Positions 19,202 through 28,622 of a stretch of DNA of 41,693 nt are shown in pieces. The position numbers and the translations under genes were made by a program. Position 1 is the stretch's first letter; each line of letters begins with the position of its first letter. Source of the DNA: a virus. Its lineage: Duplodnaviria; Caudoviricetes. Location: positions 1-41,693 of the IMG/VR virus record IMGVR_UViG_3300030372_003595; one strand, 5' to 3'. Below the pieces are notes generated by a model. The model saw nothing but the letters and a program-made list of their open reading frames with translations. It searched no databases and was not told the origin of the DNA.

Positions 19202-20089
19202 ATGCTAAAAAAGAATCTGTATAAGAATCAATACGGTGATATTTATTACAAGAAAATGATAGAAGGCGAAGTGGTTCAGTTAAGTACACATACCAAAGAT
19301 GAACGAATTGCTAATAAATTACATTCCGCATTAGAATACCAAGCACTTAATAAACTGTATAGTCCAAAAAAGGATAATAAAAGGTTTCTTACATTCAAGA
19401 ACCTTCTTATTAAGTATTTAAGACAACCCCATCAATGGACAAAGGAAAGCCGTAAAATGACATCCGGTGCATTAACTCATTTTATTACTAAAGGAATTCC
19501 TGAAAACAAGAACGCTGCCATTATTGTAAAGGGTAGAGTAAACACTTGTATTAATTGGGGATTAAAGAATGGTATAACAACTGATGTAAAGAAGTTTGAA
19601 CAGATTGGAAGTTCTATTCCCAGGCACAGGGTTTTTAATGATGCTGAAATGAAATTAATTAAAGAAGAGGTGCAAGACCCAGACTTTAATCTTTTTGTTC
19701 AATTTGCATATTATACAGGAGCAAGGAGAGGAGAGTTAGTAGGTCTAAAAGCTTACGATTTTAAACCGTTACACTTTGAGGTGGATGGTAAGTCAGGTAA
19801 ACGACTTATTCGATTAAATAGGCAAGCTAGGTCTATACTTTCTATGAAAGAAGGGATCTGGGAGTATAGGGGAGACTATATATCTAAGAAGTTCAAAAAG
19901 AATCTAAGGAGACTGGAAATAAAGGATGGTAGGTTTCATGACCTAAGAAGGACATTTGGATTTAATTTAATAAGACAAGGTATGCCTATTTTTAAGGTAA
20001 GTAAACTATTAGGACATAGTTCTATTGTAACTACAGAAAGGCATTATGCTCCTTTGTTAGCTACGAATGTTGAAGACTTTGTTTTATAA
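19202..20089 (+). CDS. int: Tyrosine recombinase / phage integrase
   Basis: Catalytic motifs TGARRGE (R), GKSGK (K), HDLRR, LLGHS and TERHY (Y). Adjacent to the tRNA. Confidence 0.95.
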   Translation: MLKKNLYKNQYGDIYYKKMIEGEVVQLSTHTKDERIANKLHSALEYQALNKLYSPKKDNKRFLTFKNLLIKYLRQPHQWTKESRKMTSGALTHFITKGIPENKNAAIIVKGRVNTCINWGLKNGITTDVKKFEQIGSSIPRHRVFNDAEMKLIKEEVQDPDFNLFVQFAYYTGARRGELVGLKAYDFKPLHFEVDGKSGKRLIRLNRQARSILSMKEGIWEYRGDYISKKFKKNLRRLEIKDGRFHDLRRTFGFNLIRQGMPIFKVSKLLGHSSIVTTERHYAPLLATNVEDFVL

Positions 20090-20383
20090 ACAATTATTAC
20101 AAGTATTCGTATCACAAGGTAATCCTCCATACATACTTCTTTGTAAATAGAATTGAGCTTTCTTATGTATTTGCGTTAATCCATAAGACCAATATCTATC
20201 ACATTTAGTACATAGGTAAGGTGGATACTCAGAAGTTGATTTATTTCTCCAAGTATCCACTACCTTGTCTTTTTTTATTTCTTTTTTGTCAATCCATTCA
20301 TCTGCATCTTCACCGAAGTAATATTTTAAATCATCTATCCTATTTTTATTACTTATCTGTTCTTTCTGTTCTTTGGAAGCCAT
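20084..20383 (-). CDS. Hypothetical protein with CxxC...CxxC zinc-finger motif
   Basis: CTKC and CNNC pairs. GAGG RBS. Last gene of the leftward operon, convergent with int. Confidence 0.65.
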   Translation of the reverse strand: MASKEQKEQISNKNRIDDLKYYFGEDADEWIDKKEIKKDKVVDTWRNKSTSEYPPYLCTKCDRYWSYGLTQIHKKAQFYLQRSMYGGLPCDTNTCNNCL

Positions 20384-20416
20384 AGTATCCTCGCATACTG
20401 ACTTCCTTCACCCGTC

Positions 20417-20548
20417 CTAATTTTTTATTTTATTATATCCATCTATGACAAGAGTTGCAATCATCATAATTCCAAATAACCCTAACGTAGTCAATGTCAA
20501 TCCCATCCCAAATGCTATGAAATTCACTATCCATTCTGCTATGTCCAT
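20417..20548 (-). CDS. Small (43 aa) single-TM membrane protein, not in the ORF track
   Basis: MDIAEWIVNFIAFGMGLTLTTLGLFGIMMIATLVIDGYNKIKN fills a gap in the operon. Confidence 0.5.
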   Translation of the reverse strand: MDIAEWIVNFIAFGMGLTLTTLGLFGIMMIATLVIDGYNKIKN

Positions 20549-20553
20549 GAGTA

Positions 20554-20775
20554 TCACTTTCCCTCCAATGCTTTTTCTATTCTGTCTATGATTACATTTA
20601 AGTCATAATCATCTGGCTCGTAAAACTGTACGTTAGTGATATGAACTTTTAATTTTATTAAAGCACCTTTAAGTTTTTTAACTTGCTCATCTAGGTCATG
20701 TATATCTGCGGAAAGTCTTGAAACTTCCGATTTGTAATGTTCTTCAGGTACAACTGAATCGAACACTCTACCCAT
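20554..20775 (-). CDS. Hypothetical coiled-coil protein
   Basis: TAATG-coupled ORF in the leftward operon. Confidence 0.6.
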   Translation of the reverse strand: MGRVFDSVVPEEHYKSEVSRLSADIHDLDEQVKKLKGALIKLKVHITNVQFYEPDDYDLNVIIDRIEKALEGK

Positions 20776-20966
20776 TATTGTAATACCTCATCTAATGCCT
20801 CATTTACTGTTTGATTTATAACATCTAGTTTTTCTTCTAGTTTTTTAAATTTTATATCTTGATACCATCTCATTAAATAATGATATGCAATGAACAAGAC
20901 TGCAAGATAAACGACAATAAATACATCAAATCCGTTTTCTGCTAATGATTTTAACCAATATGTCAT
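20775..20966 (-). CDS. Small membrane protein
   Basis: AGGAG RBS. TM segment VFIVVYLAVLFIAY. Confidence 0.6.
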   Translation of the reverse strand: MTYWLKSLAENGFDVFIVVYLAVLFIAYHYLMRWYQDIKFKKLEEKLDVINQTVNEALDEVLQ

Positions 20967-21139
20967 TTCTTACTCCTGCGTTTATAGGTTCTTTTCTTTT
21001 TTGGCTTTACAACTTTTTTTGGTTTTTGATACTTACCAAGTATAAACTCTTTTGTATCATCCATTGCTTTTAAGAACTTTTCCATTTTCTCTTCTTCCTT
21101 TATCATTAGGTTGACTTCAAATTCCTCTAATAGACTCAT
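20963..21139 (-). CDS. Hypothetical 58-aa protein with acidic N-terminus and very basic C-terminus, not in the ORF track
   Basis: MSLLEEFEVNL...KPKKKRTYKRRSKK. ATGA overlaps with both neighbours. Confidence 0.6.
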   Translation of the reverse strand: MSLLEEFEVNLMIKEEEKMEKFLKAMDDTKEFILGKYQKPKKVVKPKKKRTYKRRSKK

Positions 21140-21345
21140 TTACAAAACACGCATTGTTGTCTAGTTAATCCATAAGAAGGAAAATCTTTATATCTATAAT
21201 GTGTATTATCTGCATGGCATTTTTCCCATACCATTTCACATTCTTTACAAAACTTTAATCTCCTAGAATCGGTTTTATATTTTGTTCTTGAAGATTTTTT
21301 AGTAGCTAAATCTTTTGTTGATTTGATATACCAGTGATTATCCAT
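21136..21345 (-). CDS. Small zinc-finger-like protein
   Basis: CKEC and CVFC pairs. AGGA RBS. Confidence 0.6.
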   Translation of the reverse strand: MDNHWYIKSTKDLATKKSSRTKYKTDSRRLKFCKECEMVWEKCHADNTHYRYKDFPSYGLTRQQCVFCK

Positions 21346-21361
21346 TTTTTTCCTAAACGTC

Positions 21362-21402
21362 TGCAGGGGAGGTCAAGAGCCTCATCTCTACTGTCCCCTG
21401 CA
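21362..21402. terminator. GC-rich stem-loop (terminator or processing site)
   Basis: TGCAGGGGA (21362-21370) pairs with TCCCCTGCA (21394-21402) in an intergenic gap. No clear poly-U tail. Confidence 0.4.
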
Positions 21403-21561
21403 TTGGTTTCTTAAGCTTTTGAGACTTCAGCGCCAACCGTTTCACTTGTCACACCTTTTTTGCACACTCTCTACTTCGCCTGATTTAGTAGGGTCATCAA
21501 TATAAAGTGCCTTACAGTTGTTAATATTCTGAAAGATGTTTTTAATGAGAAGTCTCAAACT

Positions 21562-21804
21562 TTAATCGCAGCTACCTAGAGAACAGTCTGCGTTTTTTTC
21601 AATGTCTTCTTGAGTAATACTTTGCCCAATATTTTTTAATGTATCATTGAATTTTCTATGAATGTCATTCATTTGATGAGCAAGGTTGCTATCTTTGTTG
21701 GTTTCATATAAGGACTCTACAATCTCACGTAATTCAGCCATTTCAAACCATACACCAACTTTCTGTATTTCCTTAGTTACTGTCTCTGTTTTTATTTCCA
21801 TCAT
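21562..21804 (-). CDS. Hypothetical protein
   Basis: ORF in the leftward operon with AGGA RBS. Confidence 0.6.
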   Translation of the reverse strand: MMEIKTETVTKEIQKVGVWFEMAELREIVESLYETNKDSNLAHQMNDIHRKFNDTLKNIGQSITQEDIEKNADCSLGSCD

Positions 21805-21994
21805 TCTTTTTCCTGATTATTTTATCGTTCATTATCTGGTCGTATGTAGGCATACCTAACAGTTCCCATATACTATCAAATAGTAATTTCCCATCATCAC
21901 TAACACTGTCTCTTTCTAGTTTTTCTAACGTAGCCAATAACTCTACAAGTTTTTTAGTTCTATCCGTTGCGGTATTTAATTTGACTTCTTTCAT
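21773..21994 (-). CDS. Hypothetical protein
   Basis: GGAGG upstream. ATGA coupling. Confidence 0.55.
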   Translation of the reverse strand: MKEVKLNTATDRTKKLVELLATLEKLERDSVSDDGKLLFDSIWELLGMPTYDQIMNDKIIRKKNDGNKNRDSN

Positions 21995-22221
21995 TTTATT
22001 GGCGTACCTCCTCCTATATAATTCAAGAAACGAATAATACCTTTTTTTGTTGGAGTAATATCTGTTTTGAAAATTTTAGATACCGTTCCAGCTGATTCAT
22101 CTATTTTGAATATTCTTTTCCACATTGCTCTGGATTTTTTTGCTTTTGCGATTGACGAATGATATTCATCAGAATCATCTCGACCATCATTGTGATGTAT
22201 AGTTATAAAGTATAATCTCAT
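21991..22221 (-). CDS. Hypothetical basic protein
   Basis: AAGGA RBS, in operon orientation. Confidence 0.55.
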   Translation of the reverse strand: MRLYFITIHHNDGRDDSDEYHSSIAKAKKSRAMWKRIFKIDESAGTVSKIFKTDITPTKKGIIRFLNYIGGGTPIK

Positions 22222-22364
22222 CCTTTATCCTTTTTTAATGAAGATTTGACAAGTTTGGTTTCTCCATCATTTTTAATAGTTCTCTTTTTTAAAACCATTT
22301 TGTCTTTTTTTTTATCATAAAACCATTCTTCTTCAATTTCTGTATCTTTATACCATTTCATCTT

Positions 22365-22667
22365 TTAACCTTTAAGTTTTTTAATTAAGTCTAAGAACAT
22401 ATTGAAGGGCATGAGGGCATAAGTGTCCCCACGATCTTCTCTGAATGCTACTATATCTGTGTGTTCGCATTTAAGGAACTTGGCAATCGACTTTCTACGC
22501 TTAGCCTGGACTGTGTATTCTTCTATCTTACAATCCACTTCTTCATGTTCTCCCATAGCTTTACCATTGGAACCCCATGCACGTTGAGCCTGTAACCCCC
22601 ACTCCTTAGCGAGGGCTACAAGTTCATTTTCGAAACGATTACCTTTTTGCTTACTTGGACTGCTCAA
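22365..22667 (-). CDS. Holliday junction resolvase, Hjc-like PD-(D/E)xK nuclease
   Basis: KQKGNRFE...VDC...VQAKR motif pattern. Downstream of the primase-helicase. Confidence 0.75.
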   Translation of the reverse strand: MSSPSKQKGNRFENELVALAKEWGLQAQRAWGSNGKAMGEHEEVDCKIEEYTVQAKRRKSIAKFLKCEHTDIVAFREDRGDTYALMPFNMFLDLIKKLKG

Positions 22668-22890
22668 TTGCCCTTACCAGTTTATCTATTGATTCAGATA
22701 TCGCATATAGTCCATCTACTACATTAGCATCGTGTTCATTACGAAATGAATTATAGATATTTGTTGATATATCATCGAAAGCATCAGTTATGTTATGATC
22801 GAATACATCTTCACTCGATTTTAACTGTTCTGCTAAGAATACAATTGAGTCACTGAGTTGATCTTTTTTATTTTCTTTTACGGTAGCCAT
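22651..22890 (-). CDS. Hypothetical protein
   Basis: Overlapping ORF in the operon. Confidence 0.55.
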   Translation of the reverse strand: MATVKENKKDQLSDSIVFLAEQLKSSEDVFDHNITDAFDDISTNIYNSFRNEHDANVVDGLYAISESIDKLVRAIEQSK

Positions 22891-23069
22891 CTATTCCACC
22901 TATGTAAGTTGAGTGACACTTCCATTGGTCCAAGTCCTAGACCTAGATTAAAGTGTTCACCGTTAACGGAATGAAGTCCAACAAACAAGTTCAAGATGGT
23001 AAGCAATATCAATCGTATCGCTGCACCATCTCCTGTGTTTTGAATCTCCATTTTGAATAAGTATTTCAT
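22878..23069 (-). CDS. Hypothetical small hydrophobic protein
   Basis: AGGAG RBS. ATGA overlap with the helicase stop. Confidence 0.55.
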   Translation of the reverse strand: MKYLFKMEIQNTGDGAAIRLILLTILNLFVGLHSVNGEHFNLGLGLGPMEVSLNLHRWNRWLP

Positions 23070-24889
23070 GAATAATCTCCTACTGTTGGAGGTGTTTTTT
23101 GTTTAAACGTCATATGGTTCCAGTCAAACTCGAACATCATTTTGAGGTTTCCACCATTCCTATTCTTTTCAGAATAGACTACTCTATCTTTTTGGTATTT
23201 TTCGCCATTAATAGTGATCACCTTATCAGCCTTTTGAACTACAGTTGTAGAACCTTTAGCTGAATGCATATCAATGTATCCGTTTCTTGCGGATTCCTTA
23301 TTGACGTGATGCACTGCAATGACAATACAATCTTGATTAGTGGCTATCTCTTTTAGTTTCCTAATAATGAGATTCATTCTTTCAAAATCGTTATTTACAT
23401 TCTTTACGTGCATTTCATCCGTGGTATCAACAACTACGATATGAGGATTTTGAAATGCGACTGCTTCTTGCAGTTTATCTACATTGGGTGATTGATGACC
23501 AAAGTATATATTGTCAAAACTTTTATATAGTGACTTTAGGTCTTCATCAAAGGTTGCAGAACCTTCATCTAGTTCGTGATACTTAAGAACATTATTAGAT
23601 GAATATCCATTTACCATTTGAACCATTCTTCCGTAAGTAAGATGCCAGTTATTCTCCAAGGACAGATACATTATCTTATGATTCCTTAATAATGTGCATA
23701 GATTGGATACAAAGGTGGATTTACCCATTCCCGTGTCTCCAAGTATGATCATTAACTCACCGGGAGTTACTGTAAAATCATAATTCATATTATAAATGTC
23801 TCTAAAGTTGAATGCTTTTTCCGATATACCACTTTTAACATATTCAACGAACTTTTTTGCAAGGTCTTCAGCACTTTCTAATGCCATTGAATAATCCTTA
23901 CGTTTGAAGTGAATGCATTTAGGGTCACAATATTTGGACATAATAGAATCATTACACCAGTAATTGTATCCTTTTTCAAATTCACTTTCTGTTGTTGATA
24001 ATGCCTCTTTCTGATTACCTGACCATTGAGCCAAGGTTTCAGATACGACTTGCTTTGGTATTCCATTTCTTCTCATCCAAGCAGCTAATCTCATCATGGA
24101 TTCATTTCTTTCCCCAGGAATAGGGGGCTTAGACAATACTGTCTGCATACAGGTCACTACAGTCGTAGGGTCAATATCAAATGCTGACCTTTTTGTATTT
24201 TGTACTTGTACTGGAGCAACGGTATGAAGTTTTAGGTATTGATTAAGATATGGTGACACATCCTTGAACTCGTATTTTGAAAAATTCCTTTCCGTTGGTA
24301 TGGATTCAGCTTTTTTCTTTATCTGTTCAAATGACAATACGTGCAATTCATCTATTCTAAGAGGTATCTTAAAAAGACCACTCTTCTTATTGTAGCTGAA
24401 TGGCGCTCGTATGAGTCTTGCACCGTCGTATATAGGGTCACAATCTGGAAAAACATCTTGCAACGTACTTTTTACTGTAAAGGGTAGACTAATGGAAGGT
24501 GTGAATCCGAATATATTTGGTAGTACGATGTGAAATCCTGTACCACTAAACCATATTTGAATATGCTCCTTCTTTACACCAAGGTCTTGCATTAGGTCTA
24601 CGTCTACAAAGAACCGAACCAATTGAATGAAGTCATCGTCAGATAGGTTTTTCTTGTCCATATCCAATACGATCTTATCCAAATAGTATACGCCTTTGAA
24701 TGAGACAATGGATTTTGTCCCTTCTAGATGATACTTTATATCTTTATCGAATGTGTACCAACTATGATACAATTCATGTAGATCTTTAGCCTCACCAATG
24801 AGATTAGGCAGATTCGTTACCAAATCCGCCTGACCTCTATTGGTTATGTGACCAGAAGCTATTTCTACGAAGCGTTCAGAACTTCCCAA
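23066..24889 (-). CDS. AEP-family primase(-polymerase) fused to a RecA/DnaB-like (SF4) helicase
   Basis: AEP motifs VLDMD, SGTGFH and IYDxARLIRAP. PriCT-like PGERNESMMRLA. Walker A GDTGMGKST, Walker B VVVD, and IAVHH and KNR motifs. Confidence 0.88.
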   Translation of the reverse strand: MGSSERFVEIASGHITNRGQADLVTNLPNLIGEAKDLHELYHSWYTFDKDIKYHLEGTKSIVSFKGVYYLDKIVLDMDKKNLSDDDFIQLVRFFVDVDLMQDLGVKKEHIQIWFSGTGFHIVLPNIFGFTPSISLPFTVKSTLQDVFPDCDPIYDGARLIRAPFSYNKKSGLFKIPLRIDELHVLSFEQIKKKAESIPTERNFSKYEFKDVSPYLNQYLKLHTVAPVQVQNTKRSAFDIDPTTVVTCMQTVLSKPPIPGERNESMMRLAAWMRRNGIPKQVVSETLAQWSGNQKEALSTTESEFEKGYNYWCNDSIMSKYCDPKCIHFKRKDYSMALESAEDLAKKFVEYVKSGISEKAFNFRDIYNMNYDFTVTPGELMIILGDTGMGKSTFVSNLCTLLRNHKIMYLSLENNWHLTYGRMVQMVNGYSSNNVLKYHELDEGSATFDEDLKSLYKSFDNIYFGHQSPNVDKLQEAVAFQNPHIVVVDTTDEMHVKNVNNDFERMNLIIRKLKEIATNQDCIVIAVHHVNKESARNGYIDMHSAKGSTTVVQKADKVITINGEKYQKDRVVYSEKNRNGGNLKMMFEFDWNHMTFKQKTPPTVGDYS

Positions 24890-25179
24890 GTTTTCTCCTT
24901 GCCTCCACGATTAACTTCTTTTAAGGTTATATTTGCATCGGAAAGCATCCACGTTTTATCGTTTTTGATTCCTCTGAATTTCCTCATTAAAGTATCTGGA
25001 TTAAACATTGTGCCATACGTTTGTCTTATCCATTGAGCAACATCAATTTGAATATGATGAGAACCTATGACACTTTGATGTGGTATCTGTGAAAGCCACT
25101 CAATAATGAGATGTTCGCTATTGAGTTTATTTTGTTTTAGTGACCTAGAGCGTACTGCTCTTTTAAATGGAGCCGGCAT
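24865..25179 (-). CDS. Hypothetical protein (possible winged-helix DNA-binding protein)
   Basis: TAATG-coupled. PDTLMRKFRGIK helix followed by a beta-hairpin-like C-terminus. Confidence 0.55.
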   Translation of the reverse strand: MPAPFKRAVRSRSLKQNKLNSEHLIIEWLSQIPHQSVIGSHHIQIDVAQWIRQTYGTMFNPDTLMRKFRGIKNDKTWMLSDANITLKEVNRGGKEKTWEVLNAS

Positions 25180-25796
25180 TATACTTCAGGTACGCTTGAT
25201 GATTCAGGGTCTGGCTTATTAGCCCACATATTAGATAGCTTTTGACTGCTTTCCATTTTGTAGTTTTTTGGCTTATCGTTATAAGAACGCCACTTTTGAA
25301 GCAAGGCTGTTTTACCTTCTGATTCACTAGCAAACCAAAACCAAGTTTCTCTTCTAGGATTACCATTCTGATTCATTTTATTGGTCTCATATTGAAGGAT
25401 ATAGACACTTCTACCAATACAATCACGGATGCATTCTTCATTTAATCCTGAAAAATCATCTGTCATTGGAGACTTGCTTTCAATTCCAAGCTTGTCTAAG
25501 AAATGTTGAATCTTCCAAGAACCGCCTTTGACTGGTGGCTCAGATTTACTTGAACCCCAATCAACAGATTTACCTTGGTCTTTAGCGTGATTACCATTCA
25601 TATACCAAGTAGTATCATATTGAGCATTGGGACTATCTGGCTTTGAACCTCTTATCTTAAGAGATATGTCTTGGTCATATTTACTTACAACATTTTCAAT
25701 CTCTAATATTTCTATTCTATCTATGTAAACACCTTTAGGCCAATCTTGTCCGCCATTGGATGTTCCATTACCACTTTTACGTACTTCAAATCCCAT
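25179..25796 (-). CDS. Putative single-stranded DNA-binding protein
   Basis: Lies between the annealase and the primase-helicase. Beta-rich with an acidic/Pro C-terminal tail. The call is by context only. Confidence 0.45.
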   Translation of the reverse strand: MGFEVRKSGNGTSNGGQDWPKGVYIDRIEILEIENVVSKYDQDISLKIRGSKPDSPNAQYDTTWYMNGNHAKDQGKSVDWGSSKSEPPVKGGSWKIQHFLDKLGIESKSPMTDDFSGLNEECIRDCIGRSVYILQYETNKMNQNGNPRRETWFWFASESEGKTALLQKWRSYNDKPKNYKMESSQKLSNMWANKPDPESSSVPEV

Positions 25797-26618
25797 CTAC
25801 TTCTCCAGTTTTTTATTTAGTTTCGTTTCAAAGGCATCCAACTCCTTGTTAGTGCCTACTCCTTCAACCCAAGATACAAGTTCAGCTCTCTTGGTATCAT
25901 CGTATTCTTTTACATTTGATATCAATTGAACCACCTTGTTCTTACGGGTTCTTGTTGGTTGCCTATTTTGTTTTATACCTTCTTCGGCATCTTTTATCAT
26001 TAATTCAGCAACGGTTTCAGTGACATTGAATCCATTGGCTTTCACTTCAGCGATATCAGACTTGTTTGGTTCAGGACAATTGTTATCCCTCATCAATCTA
26101 TCTAATTTTATAGTCTGGTCTTGTGTAGCATTACCCGCTACGATCTCTGCACCATTAAGATGAGTTGGCTTTCTATAATCCAAGCCTTTAATATCCTCAC
26201 CAAACCATAGTTCTATGCCAAATCCAGTTATTGAAGAAACTGCTTTAGCCAAGCATCTGCGAATAGCATTTTCTACTTGTGCAGCATCTGGGTCAGTAAC
26301 TGCATTATTACGATTATCACGAACTGCCAATTCCATCGTACCTTCGTGTTCATCGCCTTCAGCATCTGTAAGCCATACATCTACTTTTACCATAGCTGTT
26401 TGATTAGGTAACACCATATAAGGTAAGGTCAATGTATTACCTCCAATGATTACACCGTATTCTCTTGCTCTATATCTAGCGTAGGGAAATGTAGTTTTAA
26501 CCTTATCCCAGGCTACTGCCCAAGATAGATAGTCAAACTTTCCTTTTTTCTCTACAAATTGCTCGTATTCTTCGAGTCTTAGAACGCCATATGCGTTCAT
26601 TGTTTCTGTTTCATTCAT
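25797..26618 (-). CDS. DUF1071 / Sak3-like single-strand annealing recombinase
   Basis: KKGKFDYLSWAVAW and IRRCLAKA...GFGIELW motifs. AAGGA RBS. Confidence 0.8.
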   Translation of the reverse strand: MNETETMNAYGVLRLEEYEQFVEKKGKFDYLSWAVAWDKVKTTFPYARYRAREYGVIIGGNTLTLPYMVLPNQTAMVKVDVWLTDAEGDEHEGTMELAVRDNRNNAVTDPDAAQVENAIRRCLAKAVSSITGFGIELWFGEDIKGLDYRKPTHLNGAEIVAGNATQDQTIKLDRLMRDNNCPEPNKSDIAEVKANGFNVTETVAELMIKDAEEGIKQNRQPTRTRKNKVVQLISNVKEYDDTKRAELVSWVEGVGTNKELDAFETKLNKKLEK

Positions 26619-26698
26619 ATTTAATCCTTATTATGGAGAAGGGGAGTTAAGTCGGAGAAAAGCCACATACCATTATTAACTCAACCCCCCCAGATAAA

Positions 26699-27475
26699 TT
26701 ACGCTTTAGCTATTTCCAAGAATGCGTCTACCCATTGACGATTCATGTTCATGTCATTCTTTTTGTGCCAATAGTGTTCTGTACCCGCATTATATAATGA
26801 CCACATTGAGTCATCACTTCTTTGAAGGTAGGTATCCATTATTTTTCCAAAATTATTTGGGGTTAATCTATTTGGAGGTAGGATTTTTCTAAGACCACGA
26901 AGATTGTCTTTCGTTACTTCCATATTATATATGGGGTCTATAGCATGAACAAATTCCTTGAATCTATCCACGTTATTACTATCGGTACTTGTAAATGAGT
27001 CTATTTGCCCATCTAGTTCTTTAATATTCTTTTCTAATGCTTGAGTATGCTTGAATTTGTAGAATGGAAAGAACCTATTGGTAGTTTGACCATTAGTGCA
27101 TATTTCAACAATTGCCATAAACTGCATTCTAAATGAAACGCTTTTATCGTAGCTATTATTGAACATAATACCAGCTCTTTGCGTACCGGCAGTGGATTCT
27201 GCCTTTATTTTATCTGACATATAAACAAGAGTGAATTTCTTACCATCAAAATGCTCTTTGACGATTTCGTATCCTTGTCTATCAGCAAATCTGTCACCTA
27301 TTTCTCTGACTTTTTCATTAGGTAACAAATTATATTCTTTAGAAAATGCAACACTTTTTATAGGTGTCCACAAGCCATCTTTTTGTAATTCTGGTCTAGC
27401 TAAACCAGTATCTATATCTTCAGCAGTCAAGACAGGAACTGTCCTAACTGGTAAGTAGGGGTCTACACTTATCAT
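26699..27475 (-). CDS. DUF932/DUF945-family protein
   Basis: YNLLPN, NSYDKS...ICTNG...FKHT and WSLYNAGTE motifs. Confidence 0.75.
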   Translation of the reverse strand: MISVDPYLPVRTVPVLTAEDIDTGLARPELQKDGLWTPIKSVAFSKEYNLLPNEKVREIGDRFADRQGYEIVKEHFDGKKFTLVYMSDKIKAESTAGTQRAGIMFNNSYDKSVSFRMQFMAIVEICTNGQTTNRFFPFYKFKHTQALEKNIKELDGQIDSFTSTDSNNVDRFKEFVHAIDPIYNMEVTKDNLRGLRKILPPNRLTPNNFGKIMDTYLQRSDDSMWSLYNAGTEHYWHKKNDMNMNRQWVDAFLEIAKA

Positions 27476-27762
27476 AGTACGTCCTTCATTACGGTTTCAA
27501 GAACTTTCATTCTTGACTTATGTAAAGGGTGAGGGTCTTTTAGACCTTCAGCTAATTTTATATTATGTCTACGTTTACTATCTATATCCCATGCATCAAA
27601 TATTCTAGATGCAACCATATCAGAGTATCCAAACTCATCACGTAATGCATCTTTTAGTTCAAGTTGAGAATATTCATTGGTACTATCTAATGTATCTAAG
27701 AATGGAAATGCAGTTTCAGATGCATTATCTATCATTACGTCAAATTCAGTTGTTGTCATCAA
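27472..27762 (-). CDS. Hypothetical protein
   Basis: AAGGA RBS. Overlaps neighbours. Confidence 0.6.
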   Translation of the reverse strand: MMTTTEFDVMIDNASETAFPFLDTLDSTNEYSQLELKDALRDEFGYSDMVASRIFDAWDIDSKRRHNIKLAEGLKDPHPLHKSRMKVLETVMKDVL

Positions 27763-27967
27763 ATAAGTTCCTTTGATTTTTTTCTGATTGACGCTTTGCT
27801 TCTTGAATTAACCTATCAAGTTTTTTTGTATCTTGAACGGCATTATGAATTAATGTTCTATCTAGGTTTTGTTCGAATTCTGGATATTTTTTGACAATTT
27901 TCTCTACTATATCATCTATGTGTTCAAACATTATTATCCAAGATTTTCTTAGGTCTTCTATAACCAT
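27746..27967 (-). CDS. Hypothetical protein
   Basis: AAGGAAG RBS, in operon orientation. Confidence 0.6.
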   Translation of the reverse strand: MVIEDLRKSWIIMFEHIDDIVEKIVKKYPEFEQNLDRTLIHNAVQDTKKLDRLIQEAKRQSEKNQRNLFDDNN

Positions 27968-28154
27968 TTACTTCCTTTTGTGTTATCTTATCATTATAGT
28001 CTGCTATATCTAATTGTCTATGTTCGCTAGTGCAGGTAAGAACCACTTCATATGGAAATAACATACTTCCATCTTTTCCATTTACTTGTGGTCTTTCTTC
28101 AACCATTGTAGGTGAACCGCAATAGGGACAGTTTAAAGATTCGTAGTCTAACAT
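27924..28154 (-). CDS. Small zinc-ribbon protein
   Basis: CPYC...CxxxH motif. Confidence 0.55.
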   Translation of the reverse strand: MLDYESLNCPYCGSPTMVEERPQVNGKDGSMLFPYEVVLTCTSEHRQLDIADYNDKITQKEVNGYRRPKKILDNNV

Positions 28155-28231
28155 CGTTAGAGAGAAGGCCCTTGAACTCGTAAGAGGAAGGGGTAAGGAA
28201 GCGTGATGTGTTTATCAAGAGCCTATCTCAA

Positions 28232-28600
28232 TTAAAGCGTTAGCATCCTATTGAATGCGTAACTGCTTAGTTCTATTTTATCTTTAACTCGTTGGTCAAA
28301 CTTCTTATATAAATAAGGTTTCTTGACCTTTCTAGCAGCCTTGACTCCTAGTTCTTTATTTATCTCACGATGATATTCCAATAACTGTTTCTTGGTCATC
28401 ATTCGTATATGAAAGACTTCAGTAGCGTAAAAATTGCTTATAAAGTCCTTTCTAACTGTATCTGTGGAAGTTGAATACTTTTTCCACGCATGAGCCTTAA
28501 CTTTTTCATTATAAGACTTAGTATTGGGGGTTTTTAAGTTGCTTTTGAAATGGAGCAACTCGGATTTGGTTTTTGTGTTTAACGCATCCTTTATTAACAT
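28232..28600 (-). CDS. Basic hypothetical protein, first gene divergent from the repressor
   Basis: AAGGAGG RBS supports a start at 28600 (MLIKDAL) rather than 28633. Confidence 0.65.
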   Translation of the reverse strand: MLIKDALNTKTKSELLHFKSNLKTPNTKSYNEKVKAHAWKKYSTSTDTVRKDFISNFYATEVFHIRMMTKKQLLEYHREINKELGVKAARKVKKPYLYKKFDQRVKDKIELSSYAFNRMLTL

Positions 28601-28622
28601 ATAGCCTCCTTTGAAAGTAATC

